From positions 1 through 36,401 of IMG/VR virus record IMGVR_UViG_3300030376_004022: DNA of 36,401 nucleotides; one strand, given 5' to 3'. The number at the start of each line of letters is the position of its first letter. Position 1 is the first letter of the stretch. Positions 8,902 through 16,523 of the stretch are shown here, in pieces. Both the position numbers and the translations under genes were made by a program. The notes beneath the pieces were generated by a model. That model worked only from the letters and a program-made list of their open reading frames with translations, had not been told where the DNA came from and searched no databases. The DNA is from a virus. Its lineage: Duplodnaviria > Caudoviricetes.

Positions 8902-9006
8902 ATGCTCAGATTTTTTACAGAACTTGTCGTCCTGACAGGCGTACTCGCCGCAACCTATCTCACTTTAATTATGACCTGCGCGTCGATTGATCGGTGCTTT
9001 ATATGA
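8902..9006 (+). CDS. 34-aa single-pass membrane peptide
   Basis: GGAGAGGG RBS; MLRFFTELVVLTGVLAATYLTLIMTCASIDRCFI; stop overlaps the next ATG (ATGA). Confidence 0.6.
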   Translation: MLRFFTELVVLTGVLAATYLTLIMTCASIDRCFI

Positions 9007-9179
9007 GCGCCGTTCTGTTGAGCAAGAAAGACGCGTGTCTGCGCCTCTTTGGTGCAGCCAGCAGCTACCGCTATCGCCAACTTGAAGACCTGGCGGCGTC
9101 GGGCGAGATCAAAATGGTCGGTGACCGCTGGGTGCCGACGTCCGAAATACGGCGCCTTGCAGGCGAGCGCGATGAGTGA
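9003..9179 (+). CDS. Excisionase-like small DNA-binding protein
   Basis: LLSKKDAC...GEIKMVGDRWVPTSEI fits the Xis/MerR-like winged pattern. Confidence 0.55.
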   Translation: MSAVLLSKKDACLRLFGAASSYRYRQLEDLAASGEIKMVGDRWVPTSEIRRLAGERDE

Positions 9180-9486
9180 GTGCGAAAAGTGCCACGGCGA
9201 CCATTTCTATCGCACGTCCAACGGCATGATCGTGCAGTGCGAGTGCATCAGCGACAAAAGCTACGATTTGGTTAACCGCCCTGCCCACTACGCGCAGGGC
9301 GACATCGAGTGCATTGACGCAATCAAGTCGGCCATCAAGGAACTGAAGGGGTTTGATGCCTACGGCACCGGCACCGTTATCAAGTACGTCTGGCGACACG
9401 CACACAAAAACGGTGTCGAAGACCTGCGCAAGGCGCGCTGGTTTTTGGACGTGATGATCGAAAACACCACAGAAAATTCTAAATAG
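9172..9486 (+). CDS. DUF3310 (SaV-like) protein with N-terminal Cys motif
   Basis: VNRPAHY...IECIDAI...KYVWR...KNGVEDLRKARWFL. Confidence 0.85.
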   Translation: MSECEKCHGDHFYRTSNGMIVQCECISDKSYDLVNRPAHYAQGDIECIDAIKSAIKELKGFDAYGTGTVIKYVWRHAHKNGVEDLRKARWFLDVMIENTTENSK

Positions 9487-9529
9487 CGCGCAGCGCGCTC
9501 CGCTGCATTAAAACCGGGAGAGAGAAGAT

Positions 9530-10426
9530 ATGCTACAGCATTACGAAACAACCACCCCGTCGCGAGCCGACACATTTCACTCCGCCCATGATTTTGACAC
9601 TCGACTTCTTGAGTGTATCGACGCGCCGACGTCGTTCACTGTCGATGAATGGCGGATCACCCCGGCGCAGGCAGAGACGATGCTTGCGTGGAACAAGAAT
9701 AACCGTGGACTTAAACAGGCATTGGTCGAACGCATTCGGCGGGATATGGCAAACGGCAATTGGCACTACACCGGCGAGCCAATCATTTTCTCGAACACGC
9801 GCCTGCTCGATGGTCAGCATCGGCTGCGCGGTTGCGTTGCGGCTGGTGTTCCATTTGTTACCAACGTCACTTTCGGCGTAGCAGACGATTCGTGGTCATA
9901 CATTGACGTTGGCACTGCGCGGTCCCCAGGCGACGTCTTCAAAATTCACGGCGTTAAGTCTGCCAACGATATGGCCGCGGCCACCAGAATTATCTATAGC
10001 TACGAAACAGACACGATGCGCGAGCAAAGGAAGTTGAAGGGCGCGCTTAATCACGAAGAACTTTACGCGAAGTATCTGACCTACGACGGCATTCACAACG
10101 GACTTCGTTTTGCCGCAAAATGGCGCGAAGAAAGGCTCTGCGGCCGCAACGCTGTCATCGCCGCCTTTTACATTTGCCAGAAAATTGACGCCACCCAGGC
10201 GGAAATGTTTTTTTCAAAAGTCGGCAGCAGTTTAGGTTTTTTGGGGCCGAACGATCCTGCGCTGGTCCTGCTTAAATTTTTTCGGAAACGGGTATCAGAG
10301 GGCCACTCAATTCGAAACTATGACGGCGTAGGCGCTATTTTGACGGCTTGGAACTCAATGCGCGCTAAGCGTTCGCCGCGAAAGCTGCCATTTGAGGTGG
10401 GCGATGCCTGTCCGAGGGCCAAATAA
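9530..10426 (+). CDS. DGQHR (ParB/Srx-like) domain protein
   Basis: ITPAQAETML...NNR...LLDGQHRL; GA-rich RBS. Confidence 0.7.
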   Translation: MLQHYETTTPSRADTFHSAHDFDTRLLECIDAPTSFTVDEWRITPAQAETMLAWNKNNRGLKQALVERIRRDMANGNWHYTGEPIIFSNTRLLDGQHRLRGCVAAGVPFVTNVTFGVADDSWSYIDVGTARSPGDVFKIHGVKSANDMAAATRIIYSYETDTMREQRKLKGALNHEELYAKYLTYDGIHNGLRFAAKWREERLCGRNAVIAAFYICQKIDATQAEMFFSKVGSSLGFLGPNDPALVLLKFFRKRVSEGHSIRNYDGVGAILTAWNSMRAKRSPRKLPFEVGDACPRAK

Positions 10427-10638
10427 TGGCCAACGATCTTGATGACGCTTGGCGGTTTCGCCATTCAAAAATGATAGCCGCCCCGGCTGAAAAGGCGGCG
10501 CGGCTGAAATTGCCTGACGTTGATTTTGGTGGGCAGTTTGAAGACGACCCCCGCGCGGTGCGCGAGGGCGGCAAGTTGAGCCTAGCAACCCAGCGAAAGC
10601 TCCTCGCTCACGCTATCGCTGCGAGCAGCCGGCGATAA
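10426..10638 (+). CDS. Hypothetical protein
   Basis: Start coupled to the upstream stop (TAATG). Confidence 0.55.
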   Translation: MANDLDDAWRFRHSKMIAAPAEKAARLKLPDVDFGGQFEDDPRAVREGGKLSLATQRKLLAHAIAASSRR

Positions 10639-10815
10639 GGTTAAGGGCTTGGTTATCTGAACCGGGCCGACCGAATTAAACAGATCAGCGGCGCGATCGG
10701 CGAAAGCCATCGCGTCGTTTTTTGTGGCAAATTCAAATGCAAGAATGCCGTCGGCGCCGTCGTCGATCGTGACGTCGCAGCAATCGTCTTGTTGGTGGAC
10801 GTTTATCAAAAGCAT
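10582..10815 (-). CDS. Hypothetical protein
   Basis: ATG at 10815 with AGGAGAGGGAG RBS; converges on and overlaps the + strand gene. Confidence 0.55.
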   Translation of the reverse strand: MLLINVHQQDDCCDVTIDDGADGILAFEFATKNDAMAFADRAADLFNSVGPVQITKPLTLSPAARSDSVSEELSLGC

Positions 10816-10912
10816 AAAAAATCTCCCTCTCCTGCTGATGATAGAACCACGGGGAGAGGGAGAAACAAACAAGAGAAGGCGGAAATTTTTTCCGGCAAAT
10901 CTTTCCGCTAAC

Positions 10913-11647
10913 TTAGCTTGACTTTTCTGCTTTTTCCATGAGCTGCGCGATAAGTTTGTGGAACTCGGCGAAATCTTCCGCGTAATTTGCGAGGGAATAA
11001 CGCTCCTCACCGAATAACTCGATGATCATTTTATTTAGTAAAGCAAACACGCCCTCTCGGCCCTCTTCAACGCAACCAAAAAAATTATCTGTGTCGGATA
11101 CCAACGCCCTAGTCGGGTAGTAGCACTTCCGCCTTTTGTCCTCGGCCATAGGCTCGGGGTCGAGTGAGCCGATTTGCACAGCCGTCCGGAGCAGTTCGCG
11201 GACAGTGCGGCTCGTGCTGCGCACGACCGTCACGATCTCGTCCTCTGGAGTGGGCAGGTCATACAAATAATAATTGCTCATAATCAGATGATGCAGCGTG
11301 ATCCGGTCACTGTTCGAGAACCACCACCGCAGACCAGTGGCAGGGTCTTGCGCCATCGTGATCGCATGCAACCTTCCTTTCAAAAACGCACCTTGAAATC
11401 TTCGGAAATTTTGCGCCTCCAGAATTTTTCCGCGCTGCCGCTGCGCCCGGCGGGGGTTTTTTTGCAGCTGCTTGCTGCGGTCGTTCCGGCCAAAAAAAGC
11501 GTCCCAATTCGGCCCGAATTCTTCCGTGCTCAGATGTTCTTTGAGTGAGTAGCTTTCGAATTTTGCCCCGCCTATTGGTGCGACAGGCGCGCTCCGAGGT
11601 TCTCCGATTTTTCCGTCGACGGTGGCGAGCGTTATTTTCGTTTTCAT
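10913..11647 (-). CDS. Hypothetical protein with a MarR-like winged helix
   Basis: STSRTVRELLRTAVQIGSL...EDKRRKCYYPT; strong RBS directly after the integrase. Confidence 0.55.
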   Translation of the reverse strand: MKTKITLATVDGKIGEPRSAPVAPIGGAKFESYSLKEHLSTEEFGPNWDAFFGRNDRSKQLQKNPRRAQRQRGKILEAQNFRRFQGAFLKGRLHAITMAQDPATGLRWWFSNSDRITLHHLIMSNYYLYDLPTPEDEIVTVVRSTSRTVRELLRTAVQIGSLDPEPMAEDKRRKCYYPTRALVSDTDNFFGCVEEGREGVFALLNKMIIELFGEERYSLANYAEDFAEFHKLIAQLMEKAEKSS

Positions 11648-11658
11648 TTTCTCTCTCC

Positions 11659-12744
11659 CTATCTAAACGCTTTGGACATCATCTTCGCCAGCGCCTCGTC
11701 GCGCCGGGGATCAGACCGCCAATGTGCGTATTGCTTCCGCGTAAAATCAATCGACGTGTGTCCGAGGAACTGCGTGATCTGCGCGTCGGTCAGGTTTGTT
11801 TCGAAAAGTAAAACACTCGCGTAGTAGTGACGCAAGTCGTGCCACCGGATGCGCGGTATCCCAGCGCGGTCACAAGCTGGATGAAGGCCGCGCTTCCGCC
11901 AGTTGCCAGCGCCAGCCAAATTGCCTTCGGAAGAGGGGAAAACCAGCCCCTTGTGCCTCTGCTTGAGCGGCTGCGCGATCTTCCACTCGCGCAAATCCGC
12001 AACGAGGTGATCCGGTAGCAGGATCGTGCGGATGCCAGCCTTTGTTTTGACTGAGCAGCTTTGTCCGTGGCGGGCAGAGTTCCTGACATGATAGGCGGAG
12101 CCGTCCAAATCCAAATTATCCCAGCCCGTCGCTATTTCCTCACCGACACGCGCGCCGGTGTAGGCGGCGAACTTGATCCGCAAAGCGTACTCGCCCGCGT
12201 TGTCGATAATGCTTTGAATGTCGGCGTTGCTGATGCGTGGCGCGCCCTCAAATTTGATTTCCTTTTTAGGCAAATCCACATTTGAGCATGGGTTCGCGCG
12301 CGTGAAATTGTTTTTGACCGCGAACTTGAGCAACTGGCGAAGCGTGTCAAACCGATTGAGGCCGGTGCTATGCGCTTGCCGAAAAATAACGGGAATGATT
12401 TCGGCTTCGATGTAGGCGGTGGTGACGTCCATGATCTTGCGCTTCCGCAAGCCGGGCGTGTTATTAAAAATGAACTGGATGTTGCGGCGATGGGTTTGTG
12501 TCTTCTCCTCGTTGGCATCTTTTTTCGCGCGCACGTTATTGATAAATTCTGCCGCCACTTCTTGCGTGATCGGGTTAGTCGTGCGCGCGATATATTCCTC
12601 GTTCTGGTCGTCAGCGAAGGCTTGGTCGCGGACATCTTGCGCCTGTTCCAGCGTGTCAAAAATCTCGCGGCCACCGCCGATCTGCCGCAGGTCAAGGACG
12701 TAGTCGTTGCCCTTCTTGGTGATGTTGTCGTTTTTCTTCCTCAT
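11659..12744 (-). CDS. int: Tyrosine integrase
   Basis: Catalytic residues in YTGARVGE, HDLRH, LGH and QYAH; start MRKKND with GGAGAG RBS. Confidence 0.92.
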   Translation of the reverse strand: MRKKNDNITKKGNDYVLDLRQIGGGREIFDTLEQAQDVRDQAFADDQNEEYIARTTNPITQEVAAEFINNVRAKKDANEEKTQTHRRNIQFIFNNTPGLRKRKIMDVTTAYIEAEIIPVIFRQAHSTGLNRFDTLRQLLKFAVKNNFTRANPCSNVDLPKKEIKFEGAPRISNADIQSIIDNAGEYALRIKFAAYTGARVGEEIATGWDNLDLDGSAYHVRNSARHGQSCSVKTKAGIRTILLPDHLVADLREWKIAQPLKQRHKGLVFPSSEGNLAGAGNWRKRGLHPACDRAGIPRIRWHDLRHYYASVLLFETNLTDAQITQFLGHTSIDFTRKQYAHWRSDPRRDEALAKMMSKAFR

Positions 12745-12754
12745 GCTCTCTCTC

Positions 12755-12961
12755 CTATCGGCAGCGGTGCTGACGGCACCGCTCGCGGTAATGGTCAACT
12801 GCTTCATCAAAGTTGTCGTGCAGTGAAGTCCATAGCTCATGCCCGTCGTCGCGCAGGTAGGACGTTGCAAACGGCCAGCGCGGCGATTGATGGTCGCGGC
12901 GCAGTGCGATGACCGCCGTGTCGCGGCGGGTGGGGCGGGAGTCGATGATGTCGAAATTCAT
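12755..12961 (-). CDS. Hypothetical protein
   Basis: MNFDIIDS..., GAGGAG RBS, ATGA overlap with the upstream gene. Confidence 0.6.
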   Translation of the reverse strand: MNFDIIDSRPTRRDTAVIALRRDHQSPRWPFATSYLRDDGHELWTSLHDNFDEAVDHYRERCRQHRCR

Positions 12962-13263
12962 TTGCTGTCTCCTCGTTTTGCGACAGCAACAAACGCCAAG
13001 ACCGAAGTCCATTCATTTGTCTGCAAATCCGGCAGCTGACCATCTCCGTAATTCTCCTCTAATTGCACGGTAAAGCGGATTTCGTCTGGGCCGGTTTCGC
13101 GCTGTTTGGGGTCGGGGTGGTCAATGAAGATTTGCCATCCATTAACAGACCAGCTTGGGCAAGCGTCGTTTCCGTAGCTGATGTCTTCCCAACCTTCAGG
13201 CATTTCTAAGTCGGCAACGCATTCATTGAAAAAACCAGTCACTTCGGGGTTCATCCGTGGCAT
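12958..13263 (-). CDS. Hypothetical phage protein
   Basis: AAGGAGAG RBS; GWEDISYGNDACPSW motif. Confidence 0.7.
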   Translation of the reverse strand: MPRMNPEVTGFFNECVADLEMPEGWEDISYGNDACPSWSVNGWQIFIDHPDPKQRETGPDEIRFTVQLEENYGDGQLPDLQTNEWTSVLAFVAVAKRGDSK

Positions 13264-13284
13264 AACTCTCTCTCCTTAGTTGAT

Positions 13285-13304
13285 GCCGGGGCCTAGGCCC
13301 CGGC
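13285..13304. repeat. Perfect 20-bp palindrome GCCGGGGCCTAGGCCCCGGC
   Basis: Intergenic and self-complementary. Confidence 0.7.
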
Positions 13305-13310
13305 GTTGAA

Positions 13311-13532
13311 TCAGCGTTCGCGGATTGTGTGGAAGCAGAAGTCGCGCTTGCTCTCCGCGATCAAACGCTTGGCGCTTGGTGTCTTGTTGAAAAGCACCCG
13401 CGCCTCTTTGAGTGCTTCGGCTTTGTTCTCGCACCAGATCGGCTCGTCGCTCTCGGCGAACCCGTCGCGGGTGGCGACGACTTCCCATGTGTCGCCGGTG
13501 ACGCAGATTGCAATTTCGGTAATGTCGTCCAT
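13311..13532 (-). CDS. Hypothetical protein, first gene of the integrase operon
   Basis: AGGAGAGAGAG RBS before ATG; 73 aa. Confidence 0.65.
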   Translation of the reverse strand: MDDITEIAICVTGDTWEVVATRDGFAESDEPIWCENKAEALKEARVLFNKTPSAKRLIAESKRDFCFHTIRER

Positions 13533-13579
13533 CTCTCTCTCCTGATCTGCGGATGCCCCATCAGCGGGTCACCCTTCGT

Positions 13580-13610
13580 CATTACAAATAGTAACATATT
13601 ATGACGTTAC
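13580..13610. promoter_or_regulatory. Candidate operator/promoter of the integrase operon
   Basis: CATTAC-N5-GTAAC (13580-13595) and TGACGTTAC (13602-13610), both shared with the cro/cI spacer. Confidence 0.55.
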
Positions 13611-13677
13611 AAGGCCAAAAGATAACAAAATGACCTTCTGATTAATTTCGGGGGAAAATTTTTGGCAGTTGAATGCG

Positions 13678-13708
13678 AAAAACCCCCCGATCCTAAGATC
13701 GAGGGGTT
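13678..13708 (-). terminator. Terminator downstream of the att tRNA fragment
   Basis: AACCCC.CGATC-loop-GATCG.GGGGTT hairpin followed by a T run on the minus strand. Confidence 0.65.
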
Positions 13709-13721
13709 CTAAAAACACCGC

Positions 13722-13734
13722 TAAGTGCTTGATA
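13722..13734 (-). promoter_or_regulatory. IHF consensus site, left of the attP core
   Basis: TATCAAGCACTTA matches WATCAANNNNTTR. Confidence 0.65.
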
Positions 13735-13739
13735 TTAAA

Positions 13740-13786
13740 TGGTGCCGGCTAGAGGATTCGAACCCCTGACCCCCTGATTACAAATC
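13740..13786 (-). other. attP core: 3' half of tRNA-Thr(UGU)
   Basis: GATTTGTAATCAGGGGGTCAGGGGTTCGAATCCTCTAGCCGGCACCA contains the anticodon loop, T arm and CCA; no 5' half. Confidence 0.88.
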
Positions 13787-13815
13787 CGTGGGAGGTCGCG
13801 CAAAGCCTCGTTTAA

Positions 13816-13828
13816 TATCAAAGGTTTA
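13816..13828 (+). promoter_or_regulatory. IHF consensus site, right of the attP core
   Basis: TATCAAAGGTTTA matches WATCAANNNNTTR. Confidence 0.65.
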
Positions 13829-13952
13829 GCGTTTAAACCATTCGATCAAAAGACAAAGATTTTCTTACAGGGGATTTTCGAAACTGACAAGGGAATAATT
13901 TGCAGACATATTTTGGCAGCGCCGGTCCACACTCAGTGGGTCGGCCACGGCG

Positions 13953-14267
13953 TTATGAATTGTCGATCGGCGGCACGACATGAACGTCGCGGGTGTCGAG
14001 ATCGATGTACGCGACACGAACTCCCAGCGATTTTTGCAGGGCCGTCAGCGGACGATGAATGCGCGCAGGATTTTTTCGGCCAGGGTTTACGCGACGCGCT
14101 TCCTGCTTGGCGTCCAGCAGCAGGATTTCACCGTCGTCGTTGTAGGCGACACAATCGACCGGCCCCTGGCCGGCGAGGGGGCGACACACATAATATCCCT
14201 GCCGCAGTAGCCACTCGGTCAGGATAGTCTCGCAGATCTGCCCCTGCTGTTGCCGGAAGTCAGGCAG
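13953..14267 (-). CDS. Small PD-(D/E)XK endonuclease-like protein (start uncertain, possibly CTG)
   Basis: GQICE...LLRQGYYVCRP...GPVDCVAY...LLDAK. Confidence 0.65.
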   Translation of the reverse strand: MPDFRQQQGQICETILTEWLLRQGYYVCRPLAGQGPVDCVAYNDDGEILLLDAKQEARRVNPGRKNPARIHRPLTALQKSLGVRVAYIDLDTRDVHVVPPIDNS

Positions 14268-14700
14268 AGTAAACCCCTGACCTAATGCGGCCAGCGATAC
14301 GGTCAGCGCGCTTGCCAACCTGCTCTGCCCATCGGGACGACAGTGCCTCGTCGGCGGCGCCCGCGTAATCCTCTTCACTCAACGCGGCAAGCATCCGCCG
14401 AAACTTAGCTAGGTTGCCAGCGCCCATATTGAAGCACATCTCGATCAGCGCCTCGCGACGTGTCTGGTTCAGCAGCGACCATGTAGCCTCGCCGGCCACG
14501 CGTTGCGCGGCTGCCTCAAAACGCGCTAGATCATTTGAGAGCAGCATTTCGGCTTCCGCTTCGGTGATACCCGTGCCGGGTTCGTCGGGGTCCACGCACC
14601 TGCCAAATCCGATCGTTAGCCTGCCGGTGGGGCAGTGGTACGCGGTCGCGCTGAAGCCTTCGCCGGTTTTGATGCTGTTGATCAGGTTACCGGAGATCAC
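14260..14700 (-). CDS. Endolysin, GH24 lysozyme
   Basis: EGFSATAYHCPTGRLTIGFG; MCFNMG; SRWAEQVGKRA. Confidence 0.9.
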   Translation of the reverse strand: MISGNLINSIKTGEGFSATAYHCPTGRLTIGFGRCVDPDEPGTGITEAEAEMLLSNDLARFEAAAQRVAGEATWSLLNQTRREALIEMCFNMGAGNLAKFRRMLAALSEEDYAGAADEALSSRWAEQVGKRADRIAGRIRSGVYSA

Positions 14701-15098
14701 TTACTGACCCCCTTGGTACGCTCCCAGCTTCGCAGCCCGCCAAGTCCCAACATGCCCAGCAGGATCGGCATCATCTGCGACATATCAAGCGCCGGCAGAT
14801 CGACCAGATGGCCGGTCTGCGCCAGCACGAACGACGCCATCGGCTGGAGCAGATACGTCCATGCAAGCGATGCCGCGCACGTCCACCCGGTGAGCGGGCG
14901 CCAGGACGACTGAAACCAGTTGCCCTTCGCCTCTTCCTTGTTCACGTCAATCTGCGCGAGATCGACCTTGGCGAGATGTTCTGTGAGCTGCGCCTTGATC
15001 GCGCGTTCCGCCTTCGCCCGCTCCTCCTTATCTTCCGGCAGAAACCTGCCGACGATGTCAGTTACTGCCGGCAGCACGGCTGATATCAGGCCGATCAT
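14697..15098 (-). CDS. 3TM holin-like protein (GTA-holin/DUF3154 type)
   Basis: NKEEAK..WFQSSWRPLTGW...LLGMLGLGGLRSWE. Confidence 0.8.
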   Translation of the reverse strand: MIGLISAVLPAVTDIVGRFLPEDKEERAKAERAIKAQLTEHLAKVDLAQIDVNKEEAKGNWFQSSWRPLTGWTCAASLAWTYLLQPMASFVLAQTGHLVDLPALDMSQMMPILLGMLGLGGLRSWERTKGVSK

Positions 15099-15385
15099 TT
15101 AATGCGGCTCATCAACGCGTCTTCGATTTTGGGCAGCAGCCTGATGCCGCAGTACCCAATAATAAACGCCAGAGCGATGGCGGCCTCCGGCCCAAACTGA
15201 AAATGCGCCATTGCCGCGGGGATGAAAAATTCCGCACATATCCAGCCCACGACCACCGCAATCACGATGTCTTTTATGGCCGACAGGTTCCATTTTTTTT
15301 GCGTTAGCACGTTTGCCAAACCACCGGCGCCTGATGCAAAAATGCAGCACAGCTTTCCGCCGAATGTTGAGAGCAAATATTCCAT
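15095..15385 (-). CDS. Membrane protein, holin-like (3 hydrophobic segments)
   Basis: Three hydrophobic stretches; located in the lysis region. Confidence 0.6.
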   Translation of the reverse strand: MEYLLSTFGGKLCCIFASGAGGLANVLTQKKWNLSAIKDIVIAVVVGWICAEFFIPAAMAHFQFGPEAAIALAFIIGYCGIRLLPKIEDALMSRIK

Positions 15386-15714
15386 TACTTGTGTTCTCCG
15401 TTGTGCATTCGTTTCAAAACTTCCAGATCGCGGATTGCTGTCCTCAGTTCGCTGGCAATCGTCGCAACTTCCCGCGCCCTTTGTTCTCTCTCTTTTGGCG
15501 CAAGCATCGAACTGGTCACGTCTGCCCTCTGTGTAAGGTTTTGGATGGCGACTTCCTGCGAGTCGGAAATTTTATCCATGTCGCGCAAACGAGATTCTAG
15601 GTCACGCAGCACTGAGGTGATATTCTTCACTTCAAAGCGAACGACGGCAAAGGCACCGGCCAGCGTGGCAACAGTCGTGCCCAAACTGATAAGCATACGC
15701 GGGTCGTCAAACAT
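15385..15714 (-). CDS. Membrane-anchored coiled-coil protein
   Basis: N-terminal hydrophobic segment followed by a heptad-like region. Confidence 0.6.
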   Translation of the reverse strand: MFDDPRMLISLGTTVATLAGAFAVVRFEVKNITSVLRDLESRLRDMDKISDSQEVAIQNLTQRADVTSSMLAPKEREQRAREVATIASELRTAIRDLEVLKRMHNGEHK

Positions 15715-15879
15715 TTAGCTGCGTCCGGTGAGCCGTTTAACCGTGTCCATCTCCCAAATGCGCAGCGCGAGCCAGATCACGCTGAAAAGCGCGGCGACAT
15801 CAGGCAGCCAGCTTAACCAACTCCCAAACCCAGCACCGACTGCGGCGGTGTCAACCGCGATTTTTGTGTCAGCGTTCAT
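15715..15879 (-). CDS. Small holin-like membrane protein (54 aa)
   Basis: Manual translation MNADTKIAVDTAAVGAGFGSWLSWLPDVAALFSVIWLALRIWEMDTVKRLTGRS. Confidence 0.6.
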   Translation of the reverse strand: MNADTKIAVDTAAVGAGFGSWLSWLPDVAALFSVIWLALRIWEMDTVKRLTGRS

Positions 15880-16177
15880 ATTTAGCTTCCTCGCCCGTTG
15901 GTCTTACAAACTTCCAGCCCTCGCCCATCCACACCAGGCAGACCATGCCGTCGTTTTTTGGCGGGCTAAACGTGATCACGAACGCGCCGCTTAACGTCAC
16001 CGACAGCTTGATCAGCCCCTGCTCGGTCAGCCCGTAGCCGCGTAATGTGTCGCGCGGTTGCAGCAACTCGCCTTGCTCTTTGGTGAAACAGGGAAGGTCG
16101 TGTCCGTGCGCGCTGGGCATAAAAAAAGCCGCCAGTAAGGCGGCATAAATAAACGTAAAGCATGATCGCCTGATCAT
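15869..16177 (-). CDS. Hypothetical protein with signal-peptide-like N-terminus
   Basis: Hydrophobic N-terminus, AHG cleavage-like site, CLVWMGEGW near the C-terminus. Confidence 0.6.
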   Translation of the reverse strand: MIRRSCFTFIYAALLAAFFMPSAHGHDLPCFTKEQGELLQPRDTLRGYGLTEQGLIKLSVTLSGAFVITFSPPKNDGMVCLVWMGEGWKFVRPTGEEAKYER

Positions 16178-16515
16178 GCCGGCGGCGTCGGCCAGTTCAC
16201 GTCAGCCGGGTCAGCCGTGTTTGCGGGAAGATCACGCAACTGCTGACGGTAAGTTGCCCATGCTGCCGCATCGACCGGCGCGTCGGCGGCTTGCGTCCAA
16301 TCAGACTTCAACAGCAGCGCGTCACGCTTCGACCGCAGGTCGATCATCGTCGGCGTCGGCAGCGTAAATTTTACGACCGCGTCATCGACCCAAGTGTCCT
16401 TTGTGGTGGTGTCATCTGCGACATCGACCCACACCAGCGATTCGTGCACCTCAAATTCATCGCCGTCGTTCACGATTTCGCAAATGCGTGTGCCGTCTGT
16501 TAATGCTTTTTTCAT
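16174..16515 (-). CDS. Tail fibre assembly chaperone
   Basis: LRSKRDALLLKSDWTQAADAP...WATYRQQLRDLP...WPTPP. Confidence 0.85.
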   Translation of the reverse strand: MKKALTDGTRICEIVNDGDEFEVHESLVWVDVADDTTTKDTWVDDAVVKFTLPTPTMIDLRSKRDALLLKSDWTQAADAPVDAAAWATYRQQLRDLPANTADPADVNWPTPPA

Positions 16516-16523
16516 ATCAGCCT

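Noticed and set aside
12745-12870. Longer N-terminus of the integrase given in the ORF track (likewise 28770-28937 and 36220-36288 for adaptor and terS)
   Set aside because: These extensions overlap other genes or terminators; downstream ATGs fit the RBS or family start better
13740-13786. Functional tRNA-Thr gene
   Set aside because: Only the anticodon loop to CCA is present; no D arm or 5' acceptor strand, so it is interpreted as attP
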